Of a stretch of 32,000 bases of DNA, positions 1-8,539 are shown piece by piece. The notes under the pieces are model-generated. The model saw only the letters and a program-made list of their open reading frames with translations, was not told where the DNA came from and did not search any database. Each line of letters begins with the position of its first letter. Within the stretch, counting starts at the first letter, position 1. Origin of the DNA: Micromonas pusilla (lineage: Eukaryota); assembly GCA_000151265.1 (NCBI GenBank), contig GG663739.1, forward strand, positions 412,071 to 444,070. The letters run 5' to 3'. Both the position numbers and the translations under genes were made by a program.

Positions 1-123
1 GAAGATCATGCCGTCTCACGCGACGAAGCGCGCGAACCCGTTGAAGGACGGGAGCGTCGCGGCTGTCCCGGGGAAGGAGGACGCGGCGGCGACGGCGGGC
101 GCGCTGGCGAAGATGACCATGGA

Positions 124-190
124 GACTGGTCCTCATACGACCGTGTTCGCGTGATGAACGCCGATCCTTAAGGACTCCCCGGGCGGTCGC
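124..190 (+). mobile_element. Degenerate, 5'-truncated introner-element (IE) relic
   Basis: actggtcctcatacgaccgtgttcgcgtgatgaacgccgatccttaaggact aligns with the conserved core of the five full copies (cactggttcccatacgaccgcgtcggcgtggtgaacgccgatccttaaggact). It lacks the GTGCGTTCTATACA 5' end, and its 3' half is diverged. It sits at the end of an open frame entering from the left edge (..AKMTMETGPHTTVFA*). Boundaries are approximate. Confidence 0.45.
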
Positions 191-303
191 CGCGCGAGCG
201 CCGATAGGGGTGCGTGATGGGCGTGTAAACTGTATACTACTTTCACCCGTGTAACAAGAATCGAATAATCGAGAACACTCTGAGGGTACCCGATCCGCGT
301 CCG

Positions 304-2040
304 TCACAACGACACGGTGGACAGCCGCGCGACGACGCCGTTGCAGTGCGCCAACCCGACGACGCACACCGTCCGCGTCGGCGGCGCGTCGCTCTCGTCC
401 GCCGCCCTCGTCGCCGTCGCCGCCGCGTCGCCGATCTCGCCCTCGACGTCCGCGACCAAGTACCCCGCCGGGTGCGCGTTCAACGCGCGCGCCGTCGGCG
501 GCGTCGACGCGTCGTCGGCCTTCACGTACACCTCGAGCTTCCTCGCGCCGGTGACGGCGCGTTTTCCCTCCTCGCAAGACACAACCTTCGCGCGCCGCAG
601 CCACCGCTCTACCACTAAGTCCGCGGACCGCGCCGTCGCGTCGCTCTCGCCGGCGCCGCTCTCTCCGCCGGCTCTCTCGCCGCCGCCGCTCTCGCCGCCC
701 TGAACGCCGTCGAGCCACGCCTGGGAGACGTACCGACGGTTCACGCCGAGCACGCACCCGAGCTCGGCGCCGACGAGGTTTCCGCCGTTTTCGCGCGCGA
801 CGCGGTCCATCAACGCCAGCCACCGCGGCTCGAACAAGTTCAGTCGCCGCACCTCCCCGGGCGCCATCCGCCGCCTGAGCGTGAAGCACGGGATCCCCGG
901 CGGGCCCGCGGCGCGCTCGCGCGCCGCCGTCGTCGCCGCGTCCGCGTGGAAGACGTGCCGCACGCGTCGAAGCTCGCCGCGGTCGACGCCAGCGCACGCG
1001 GACGCGGCTCTCGCGCACGCGGCGGCGAGGACGTCGTCGCGGTCCAGCAGCAGCACCTCCACGGCGCGTCCGAAGACGAGCAGCGCGGCGGCGTCGAACG
1101 CGACGTCGATGACGTCGAGGAGCGCGCGCCACGGCGGCGACGCGGCGGCGAGCGTCGTCGCGGTCGCGGCGGTCACGTCGCCGCCGCCGCCCAGCCCGCC
1201 GCCGCCGCTGAGCGCGGCGTCGTACGCCGTCGCGATCAGCGCGACGAGCGCGACGAGCGACGGCCCTCGCAGCGGCGCGAGCTTCCCCGGGTCCTCCCGC
1301 ACGACGTCCGGGAACCGCACCGCGCCCGCGCCGCCGCCGCGCGGCCCGGGCCCGAGCCCGAGCCCGAGCGCGTTCGGAATGTGCGTCAGCGATCGAAGCA
1401 GACGCGGCGCGTCGAGGAGCTCGCGCGCGCTCGCGTCGAACACGCGCCGCCTGAGCTCGTCCGGGAGCGACCGCGCCTTGGCGTCGCCCAACACCACGAG
1501 CGCGCGCGCGGACTCCGCCGCGGACGCGCCCGCGAGGAAGTCCGCGCCGTACGACGCGCCGCGCGTCGACGACGTCGACGTGGCGAGGGCGAGGGCGAGA
1601 TCGGTGGCGACGATCGCGTCGAGACGCTCCTGGTCGAGCTCGAGGACGACCGCGTCCGGACGCACCGTCTCCACGACCGCGCGCACCTCCGCCGCGGACG
1701 CGCTGCCGGGCGTGTGCACGGTCCCGACGACGTAGAACTCGTGCCGGCGCCCGCGCGCGTCGACGCGCGTCAACGCGGCGACGCACGCGGGGAGCGTCGA
1801 GGTCGTCGTCGCCGTCGGAGCGGGCGCGGCTGCGGGATCGCGGCGCGCGGACGGCGGCGCGGACGTCGACGCGGACGCGCGCGCGGCGGCGGCGCGACGA
1901 CGGCCGGCGGACGCGCGCGCGGACGCCGGCGCCGGCGGCGGCCCGGCGCGCGTCGACGCCGCGGGGTGCATCGCGCGGGTTCGAGACGCCGCCGCCGCCG
2001 TGCCGTGCCTCCGATGGTGTGATGAGAGAAACGAGCTCAT
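304..2040 (-). CDS. TraB-family domain protein with a C-terminal LON N-terminal (PUA-like) substrate-binding domain
   Basis: Uninterrupted 578-aa ORF. FYVVGTVHTPGSASAAEVRAVVETVRPDAVVLELDQERL fits the TraB/PrgY signature (GTAH..S...V...I....PD.V.VEL). IPCFTLRRRMAPGEVRRLNLFEPRWLALM fits the LON N-terminal motif (LP.F.L....FPG....L.IFEPRY..M). The N-terminus is Ala/Arg/Ser-rich and presequence-like. Family calls are from memory of the motifs, not a search. Confidence 0.75.
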   Translation of the reverse strand: MSSFLSSHHRRHGTAAAASRTRAMHPAASTRAGPPPAPASARASAGRRRAAAARASASTSAPPSARRDPAAAPAPTATTTSTLPACVAALTRVDARGRRHEFYVVGTVHTPGSASAAEVRAVVETVRPDAVVLELDQERLDAIVATDLALALATSTSSTRGASYGADFLAGASAAESARALVVLGDAKARSLPDELRRRVFDASARELLDAPRLLRSLTHIPNALGLGLGPGPRGGGAGAVRFPDVVREDPGKLAPLRGPSLVALVALIATAYDAALSGGGGLGGGGDVTAATATTLAAASPPWRALLDVIDVAFDAAALLVFGRAVEVLLLDRDDVLAAACARAASACAGVDRGELRRVRHVFHADAATTAARERAAGPPGIPCFTLRRRMAPGEVRRLNLFEPRWLALMDRVARENGGNLVGAELGCVLGVNRRYVSQAWLDGVQGGESGGGERAGGESGAGESDATARSADLVVERWLRRAKVVSCEEGKRAVTGARKLEVYVKADDASTPPTARALNAHPAGYLVADVEGEIGDAAATATRAADESDAPPTRTVCVVGLAHCNGVVARLSTVSL

Positions 2041-2126
2041 CGCGAGCTGAGGTGATCTTCAAAAAAAAACGCAACAGACGCCGACGAACGCGCACGAGGA
2101 GGAGGGAGGGAGAGACGCGTGCGCGA

Positions 2127-2161
2127 CGTTCGTTCGTTCGTTCGTTCGTTCGTTCGTTCGT
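2127..2161. repeat. (CGTT)n microsatellite, about 9 units
   Basis: Direct reading: cgttcgttcgttcgttcgttcgttcgttcgttcgt. It lies in the spacer between the TraB gene start and the ankyrin gene stop. Confidence 0.9.
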
Positions 2162-2331
2162 CACAGGTGTGCTCTTCTGTTGTGTGTCGTCTTCGTTCAC
2201 GCCCTCGAGAGCTCGGCCTCGAGTCTGTTCACCGTCTCTCGCGCTCCGGTACGGCCGAGATCCCGCAAGTAGACTCGTCCAGCGCGCCGCCCCCTCGCGA
2301 CTATGCCCCCTCTCCTACCTCCGCAGCTATC

Positions 2332-3594
2332 CTACCCTAAACCCTGGTACGGCCTCCATCTTACCTCCGCAGCTATCCACCGCAGCACATCCCCGTGCAT
2401 GCGGATCCACGCTCGAGCTTTGCATTCCTCCGGATCCCACGGTGCATCGTTCGCTCGCGCCCACTGCAACACCTCCAGGTGGCCGCCACGCGCGGCATCG
2501 GCGCAAGTCCTCTCGTCCCACGGAGCGCCGTTCACGCGCGCCCACTTCAGCACCTCCAGGTGGCCGCCACCCGCGGCTTCGTGGCAAGTCTCCTCGTCCC
2601 ACGGAGCGTCGTTCGCGCGCGCCCACTTCAGCACCTCCAGGTGGCCGCCAAGCGCGGCTTCGTGGCAAGTCCTCTCGTCCCACGGACAGCCGTTCGCGCA
2701 CGCCCACTGCATCACCTCCAGGTGGCCGCCGCTCGCGGCAAAGGCGCAAGTCCACTCGTCCCACGGAGCGCCGTTCGCGCGCGCCCACTGCAGCACCTCA
2801 AGGTGACCTTCTCCCGCGGCATAGGCGCAAGTCCACTCGTCCCACGGGCATTCGTTCGCTCGCGCCCACTGCAGCACCTCCAGGTGGCCGCCTTCCGCGG
2901 CTGCGTTGCAAGTTCTCACGTCCCAGGGACAGCCGTTCGCGCGCGCCCACTGCAGTACCTCTAGTTGGCCGCCACGCGCAGCCTTCTTGCAAGTCAGCTC
3001 GTCCCACGGAGCGCCGTTCGCGCGCGCCCACTGGAGCACCTCCAGATGGCCGCCAGCCGCGGCATCGTGGCAAGCCCGCTCATCCCACGGACATCCGTTC
3101 GCTCGCGCCCACTGCAGCATCCTCAAGTGGCCGCCGCTCGAGGCCCAGGCGCAAGTCCACGCGTCCCACGGGCATCCTCGGGCCTTGGCCCACTTCGCGA
3201 CCTCCACATTCCCACCCTCCGCGATGCACATGAACGTCTTCGCGTTCCACGGACACCCTCGCTGATCCTTCGCCCACGCCAGCCTGCTGCTCGACCCGAC
3301 GAAGTTTGGCAACCTCCCGAGCTCCCTCCTCACCGCGGCGACGTCCCTCACGTCATGCTCGACGGGCGACGCGAAGACGACGTCGCGCATCTTTAGGTTC
3401 ACCGTCGCGAGCACCGCGAGGTCGCCGCTGTCGAGCCGCGAGAGCACGTGCGCGGCGAAGACGTCGGGCGCGTCCGCGGCGAATCGTTCCAAGCGCGAGC
3501 CCGCGTCGAGATCTGCGGAAGTCGAGCCGTCCCCCGCGATCTCGTCGCCGGCGCCAACGAGAAGCGCGCGCTTCTTCGGTCGCGAAGGCGACAT
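2332..3594 (-). CDS. Ankyrin-repeat protein with about ten tandem 33-aa repeats
   Basis: 420-aa ORF with a repeated unit GGHLEVLQWARANGCPWDE.TC..AA. (33 aa). A non-repeat N-terminus (about 100 aa) precedes the array. TAG stop at 2332-2334. Confidence 0.85.
   Translation of the reverse strand: MSPSRPKKRALLVGAGDEIAGDGSTSADLDAGSRLERFAADAPDVFAAHVLSRLDSGDLAVLATVNLKMRDVVFASPVEHDVRDVAAVRRELGRLPNFVGSSSRLAWAKDQRGCPWNAKTFMCIAEGGNVEVAKWAKARGCPWDAWTCAWASSGGHLRMLQWARANGCPWDERACHDAAAGGHLEVLQWARANGAPWDELTCKKAARGGQLEVLQWARANGCPWDVRTCNAAAEGGHLEVLQWARANECPWDEWTCAYAAGEGHLEVLQWARANGAPWDEWTCAFAASGGHLEVMQWACANGCPWDERTCHEAALGGHLEVLKWARANDAPWDEETCHEAAGGGHLEVLKWARVNGAPWDERTCADAARGGHLEVLQWARANDAPWDPEECKARAWIRMHGDVLRWIAAEVRWRPYQGLG
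2400..3230. repeat. 99-bp tandem periodicity (coding ankyrin array)
   Basis: The core gcgcgcccactgcagcacctccaggtggccgcc recurs about every 99 nt with few changes, while the flanking parts of each unit diverge. This periodicity also creates the long spurious plus-strand ORFs 2019..3233, 2303..2806, 2395..2964 and 2906..3265. Confidence 0.8.
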
Positions 3595-4015
3595 CGCGTC
3601 GCGGGGTCAGAGAGAACTTCGCGACGAGGCCGCGGAGGAGGAGGAGGAGGAGGAGGTGGCGTCGTCCCGCGCGCGAGGCGAGTGACGAGACGGGACGACG
3701 CGACGCGGGCGTTTTCGTTGTTGTTTGCGCTCTCGCGCTCGCAGGCGATTTTTTTTGACCGGCTCTGCGGTCGCTGCCTGCCGGTCGCGAAAATTTTGAC
3801 CGGCCCGGCGCCTGGTGAACGCAAAAACCAAGCCCTATTTCGCACCCTGGCTGGTACAGTCAGCTCCAGATCTGTCATCCCGCGAGCACGTGCGCACGCC
3901 GGCGACGAACCGCGTCGTCGTCCGCGGCGCGCTCACTTTCGCGCGCGACGACGCGTCGACGCCGCCGCGTTCCTGAAGTGCGACCGCGCCACGCGCGTCG
4001 GTCACGCCGTCCGCG

Positions 4016-5122
4016 ATGCTCGCACCGCGCGCGGTCCTCGCGCCGCGCGTCGCGCGCGCGTCTCGTTCATCGGCGGACGGGAAACAACAACCTTCGTCCG
4101 CCCGAACTACGACCACGTTTTTCCAACGCGCGCGCGCGACGAGACGTCGCGAGCGCGCGTTGCACGTGATGCGCTTGTACCCGGACGCGGGCTTCGTCGC
4201 GAAAGTGCAATCGAAATTCCCAGCCCAAGGCGTCGCGTCCGCGGAAGAAGGCCGGCGCGTTTCGCTCGACCACCGTCCGATCGAATCTCGCGCCCGCGCG
4301 GCGTTCGTCCCCGCGGTCGTCCACGTAACGCATCTTTCGCGAATGGAACGCTCCGCTCCCCGCGTCGACCGACCGACCGACCGACGCGTCGTCCATCCCA
4401 TCCCATCCCATCCCATCCCATCCCGTCGCGCAGATGCCTGTGGGACGACGGCTACGACATCCTCGACGTCCGCGCCGAGTCCGAGATCGACCACGCCGGG
4501 AAGTGCCCAAACCCCCCAGCGCCCGGCGCCGCCGCGGGGACGCGCGTCACGCGCGCGTGTCTCGTTCACGCCGAGCGTCGATACGACCCTGAGCTCAGGG
4601 AGAAGGTGTACGCGCAGTCGGGCGTGAACCCTTCGTTCATGGCGGACGTCGAGAAGGCGTTTCAGGACAAGAACGCGAAGATCATGGTCGTGTGCGGCGA
4701 CGGTCGCACGCGAGCGACGCGCGCGGTGGAGTTGATGCGCGCGGCCGGGTACGAAAACGTCGTCAGGCGCGTTCTATACACTGGTTCCCATACGACCGCG
4801 TCGGCGTGGTGAACGCCGATCCTTAAGGATTTTTGCCCGCGATTCTCTCCGTCCATCTCTCGCTTTCAACGCCCGCCCTCGACGCCTTTCAACTCCAACT
4901 GACGCCTTTGAACTTCACCCCGACGTTCGCTCGTACGGAACGACCCTCAGGCTGGAGGGCGGGTTTAACCTGTGGGCGAGAGCGTGGGATCAGACGATGC
5001 GACGGAGGAACCTGCCGGGGAGCTTCTCGCGCGGGTTCGACTCGCCGATGTTCGCGGACAGTAACGTCACGGGGGAGGTGTTTAACGTGGAGTGGAAGGA
5101 CGCGACGGAGTGGGCGGTGTGA
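4016..5122 (+). CDS. Rhodanese-like (sulfurtransferase/phosphatase fold) domain protein; multi-exon, 5' exon structure unresolved
   Basis: Well-supported exons are 4434..4766 and 4951..5122. Removing the IE at 4767..4950 joins ..VVCGDGRTRATRAVELMRAAGYENVV-R-LEGGFNLWAREW.., restoring the conserved rhodanese L.GG...W motif in frame (phase 2, AG|..|G). The upstream part, CLWDDGYDILDVRAESEIDHAGK, is the typical LDVR..E N-terminal strand. The only acceptor upstream is cgcgcag|a at 4433/4434. A presequence-like ORF starts at ATG 4016 (MLAPRAVLAPRVARASRSS..). Which donor joins it to 4434 cannot be decided by eye. Confidence 0.65.
4366..4424. repeat. (CGAC)5 followed by (CCATC)6 microsatellites
   Basis: Direct reading: cgaccgaccgaccgaccgac at 4366-4385 and ccatc x6 at 4393-4424. 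Both lie immediately upstream of the acceptor at 4433, so they are probably intronic. Confidence 0.9.
4767..4950 (+). mobile_element. Introner element copy A (184 nt); intron of the rhodanese gene with an apparent GC-AG boundary
   Basis: Begins gcgcgttctatacactggttcccatacgaccgcgtcggcgtggtgaacgccgatccttaagga and ends ..ccccgacgttcgctcgtacggaacgaccctcag. Same orientation as the host gene. Removal restores the frame and a conserved motif. Confidence 0.9.
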
Positions 5123-5203
5123 TGAGACGAAGCTAGTACAAAGTACTGTACCATCTTTTGTTTCGCTCTTGAAACGGAACCGCCAGCTATTCTATGTCGT
5201 CTC

Positions 5204-8200
5204 TCACGCTCGCATCTCAAAGTCCGGCCGCAGCCCGGTCGCGACGAGGTCGGTGGTGTACGACGATGACCGCTCGATCCCCCCCGAGCTCTTCTTCGCG
5301 AGCTTACCACCGCTCGACCGACCGCCTTCGCCTTCGTCGTCGTCGTCGTCGTCGCCGTCGCCGCCGCCGCTCGGCTGACCCGTCCGCCCCTTCCACCTAC
5401 CCTCCTCGCTCCACACCTCGTGCGCGTCGAGCTCGTCCAGTAACAAGTCGTACACGTCGTCCGCGCGTAACTTACACCGCCGTTTAAATATCGTGACGTA
5501 CGCGCTCAGCAAGAACCCGTACCGCTCGTCCACGTGGAGGTCGAACCGCGGCGGGACGCCCTTGAACCTCGCCGCGTCCGCCGCCTCGGTCCACGTGTAC
5601 TTCTTCACCGTCGTCTTCTCGTCCTCGACGACGTCCACGGCCTCGATCTTCTTGGTCTTCAGGTATTTCTCGAGTTCATTCATGTCCACGCGTCCGTTTA
5701 TCGTGATCTTCTTGTTGTCCACCGCGCTCAGGGAGTACTTCTCCTGGCGAAGGAAGTAAATTAAGCCGCCGCCGAGGACGCCCCAGAAGCACATGTTGAT
5801 CGCGAACCACACCGCGGGGAGGGAGACCAAGTACGGGTTCACGAAGTCCGCGACGTACGCGATGTTCGACGCGACGCCGAGGTACCCTCCGAACGCGCGG
5901 TCGACGATGTCGAACGCGAGCTGCCCGGCGAAGATGACCTGCATGATCTCCAGCGAGGCGTGATTTCTCGCCTGCGCGCGAAACGCGTCTTCCAAGTTTT
6001 TGGTCGTCGCCTCGATGCCCTCGTTGATGTCTCCCTTGTTCGTCATCCCGATCACGTGCGCCATGTCGCGAAGCGCCTCGAGCTCGTTCGCGCACCCGAC
6101 GATCGTCTTCTTCATGTCGATCGCGCGCCTTCGAAGTTCGTTCTTCTGCACGTCGAGTCGCAGGACTTCGCGCAGCGCGAACGACGCGGGGTCGCCTTCG
6201 ATCGGCTCGGGTAAATCCACGCCGTCCATGCTCTCGGCTAAGAAGGACTGAATCTCGCCCAACGTGATGACGTCCTCGGTGCACGTGGACAGCGTCTTCC
6301 GAACGATCGCCATGTTCTCCGGGTTGTTCTGGTGGTGCTCGATCAGACCGCGTGTGCGGCGGAGGATGTCCGCGAGGATGAAGCAGCGGTTGAACACGCG
6401 TTTCATGAAAATCGAACGCGCGTGGAAGCTGCCGTGACACACGATAAACGCCTGGTGCCTGAGCGAGTTCGACCCGGCGAGGAACACGCCCATCTTGCCG
6501 ATGATTATTACCTCGTCGTCGCTCAGGTCGTGCCCGCTGTACGTGTCGCCGATGACCTGCTTCAGCTCGTTCTCGTAGTCTTCTTTGTCCATGTACTTTT
6601 CCGCGGGCATCTTCGGTCGCACCGCGTCCGCGACGATGCAGTTGAACTTGTCTCTGTTGTCCGAATCTCCTAAAAACGTCAGGTCTAACATCGCGCGCTG
6701 ATGCGCGGCGAACAAGTTCGACACCACGGTGCTGCTGTCGTCCATGACGTCCACGAGAAGACGCGACATGAGATCCAGGGATAGGTTGACTTTGATGCGG
6801 TCCATGATGGCGTCGATCTTCAAGCCGTACGCTACGAGGCCGTTCTCGTCGAAGTGCACGCCGAAGTTTTCAATCTGCAAGATCCCGTCGTCGTTCTCGA
6901 AGAACACCTCCGCCTCGAAGTTGATGTACGACGCCTCGTCGTAGTCGAGCAACCGCACCGCGGTCATGCCCTCGTTCTTCCCGGTGAACTGCGTGCTGTC
7001 CGGCTCGGCGTCGATCGCGGCTGTGAAAAAACCGCCCTGCACGCGCTCGCCGCTCCCGAGCTTGTCGTTCAGCGCCACGATCTGGTTCCCGCCCATCGGC
7101 ACCCACTCGCACGTGAGCAAGTACACGTCGTCGATCAAAATTTTCTCCTCGAGGCGGTCCTTGATGTTCGACGCGGCGAACTGCGCGAGATCCGCGCATC
7201 TCGCGGAGTTGTCCACGAGTTCCAAGTTGGCGACTCGAAGCGACGCGGGGACGAACGGCGACGAGACGTAGGACACCGTCTCGATGTCCGTGATCGTGCT
7301 CGTGCGCGCGTACCACCCGCTTCTCGTGTAAATTTTGAAGCTCTGCGACGCGGTCTGGTACGCGACGTCGACGAGGTCGCCCTCTTTGAAGATGAGCGCG
7401 TCCACGGCGTCGCGGCTCGCGTCGTCCAAGTTCGCCTTCAGGTAACTCAGCCCCTCTTCGCTTATCCGCAGCGCGACGCCGCTCTGGTAGCTCTCGGACG
7501 TGAGTTTCAGGTTTTGCACGAACCCAAACTCGCACAGGTCGTCGATGTCGTCCTGCCCTTCCTGCGACACGTTGACGTAAATTCTCTTCCCCATGACGAT
7601 CTGCGCCTGCGGCGCGTAGTCGTAATCGAACACCTCGTCGATGATGCCCTCGTAGATGAGCACGAGCAGCGGCTGGATCCGCACCCATCTGGTGCCGGGG
7701 GCGTGAGGAGGAGTCGTTCCGCCGGGGTCTTTTATGGTGTCGTCCGTGTATCGCTTGATCATGTAGAGGAGGCGGAGCTGTTCGAGGGTGACTTCTGATG
7801 ATTCCGACGATGAGGAGGAGGAGTTTGAACCCCGAGGGCTGCCGCCGCCATTTCCGTCGTTGTCGTCGTCTTTGTCGTCCTCCTCCTCCTCCTCCTCTTC
7901 CTCCGCGATCCCCTTCTTCTTCTTCTTCTTCAGCATATGATTCATATCGTGGTGGTGCGTCCCCGAGAGCCGTCGCCCGGTACCGGTGCCGTCGTCGCCG
8001 GTGAACTCGACCCTCCGCCTTATTCGCTCGCCGCTGTCGTTGAACGCGAGCGGCGTCTCCGGGGACGACGACGACGCGCTGCCTCCCAGGTCGCGCCTCG
8101 GGGAGAGGCTCTCGGTCACCGCGCGCGGGCCGCCGCTGCCGCCGCGCGTGAACGTCAACATGCCGCCGCCGCCGTCGTCGCAAGCCGGGGACGACGACGA

Positions 8201-8539
8201 CGACGCGACGACGACGTCGCTCGCGCTGCTGCCGCCGCCGCCGCACAACCACGTCGGAGCTCCTGCGAATTTCCGTCGTCTCGCGCCGAGCCGGGACGCG
8301 CCTCGCGATCCGCCGCCCCCCGGCGCGACGGTCCCGAGCTCGCGGTCGCGCGGCGTCAGCGATTCGTCGCTCCTGCGTCCGAGGATACCAGAGGAGGAGG
8401 AGGAGTCCCCGGACGAGGACGACGCCATCGATGAGCGCGCGACGCGCGAGGACGACGACCGGGCGTCGCGAGGAGCTTTGTCGTCGTCATCATCGCGATT
8501 TATTATTTTTTCTGGTCCGCCTTTTCTCACGAGCCGCAT
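5204..8539 (-). CDS. Large conserved-looking hypothetical protein (1111 aa) with a C-terminal hydrophobic segment; family not recognised
   Basis: Single uninterrupted ORF. The first ~290 aa are low complexity (Ser/Gly runs, KKKKKK, EEEEEEEE, DD). The remainder has normal globular composition. A hydrophobic stretch YLVSLPAVWFAINMCFWGVLGGGLIYFL lies about 190 aa from the C-terminus. The alternative ATG (MASSSSGD..) about 36 codons downstream cannot be excluded. Confidence 0.8.
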   Translation of the reverse strand: MRLVRKGGPEKIINRDDDDDKAPRDARSSSSRVARSSMASSSSGDSSSSSGILGRRSDESLTPRDRELGTVAPGGGGSRGASRLGARRRKFAGAPTWLCGGGGSSASDVVVASSSSSPACDDGGGGMLTFTRGGSGGPRAVTESLSPRRDLGGSASSSSPETPLAFNDSGERIRRRVEFTGDDGTGTGRRLSGTHHHDMNHMLKKKKKKGIAEEEEEEEEDDKDDDNDGNGGGSPRGSNSSSSSSESSEVTLEQLRLLYMIKRYTDDTIKDPGGTTPPHAPGTRWVRIQPLLVLIYEGIIDEVFDYDYAPQAQIVMGKRIYVNVSQEGQDDIDDLCEFGFVQNLKLTSESYQSGVALRISEEGLSYLKANLDDASRDAVDALIFKEGDLVDVAYQTASQSFKIYTRSGWYARTSTITDIETVSYVSSPFVPASLRVANLELVDNSARCADLAQFAASNIKDRLEEKILIDDVYLLTCEWVPMGGNQIVALNDKLGSGERVQGGFFTAAIDAEPDSTQFTGKNEGMTAVRLLDYDEASYINFEAEVFFENDDGILQIENFGVHFDENGLVAYGLKIDAIMDRIKVNLSLDLMSRLLVDVMDDSSTVVSNLFAAHQRAMLDLTFLGDSDNRDKFNCIVADAVRPKMPAEKYMDKEDYENELKQVIGDTYSGHDLSDDEVIIIGKMGVFLAGSNSLRHQAFIVCHGSFHARSIFMKRVFNRCFILADILRRTRGLIEHHQNNPENMAIVRKTLSTCTEDVITLGEIQSFLAESMDGVDLPEPIEGDPASFALREVLRLDVQKNELRRRAIDMKKTIVGCANELEALRDMAHVIGMTNKGDINEGIEATTKNLEDAFRAQARNHASLEIMQVIFAGQLAFDIVDRAFGGYLGVASNIAYVADFVNPYLVSLPAVWFAINMCFWGVLGGGLIYFLRQEKYSLSAVDNKKITINGRVDMNELEKYLKTKKIEAVDVVEDEKTTVKKYTWTEAADAARFKGVPPRFDLHVDERYGFLLSAYVTIFKRRCKLRADDVYDLLLDELDAHEVWSEEGRWKGRTGQPSGGGDGDDDDDDEGEGGRSSGGKLAKKSSGGIERSSSYTTDLVATGLRPDFEMRA

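Noticed and set aside
2400-3230. Possible CRISPR-like array (regular repeats), considered along with the dispersed IE copies
   Set aside because: The 99-bp periodicity is continuous coding sequence with no unique spacers. The IE copies are kilobases apart, strand-linked to genes and bounded by splice sites. The window is eukaryotic, so there is no CRISPR.
2019-3233. 404-aa plus-strand ORF with a repeated ...APTSAPPGGR..RKS.RPTERRSR... unit
   Set aside because: It is the antisense and other-frame reading of the 99-bp ankyrin array. The repeats are inherited from the real minus-strand gene, whose translation gives a canonical ANK consensus.
4771-4812. Recurring peptide ..[13 protein letters not shown] at the ends of several track ORFs (3448..4812, 12225..12512, 13979..15394, 24171..24932 and others), considered as a possible conserved C-terminal domain
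   Set aside because: It is simply read-through translation of the conserved 5' half of the introner element up to its built-in TGA.
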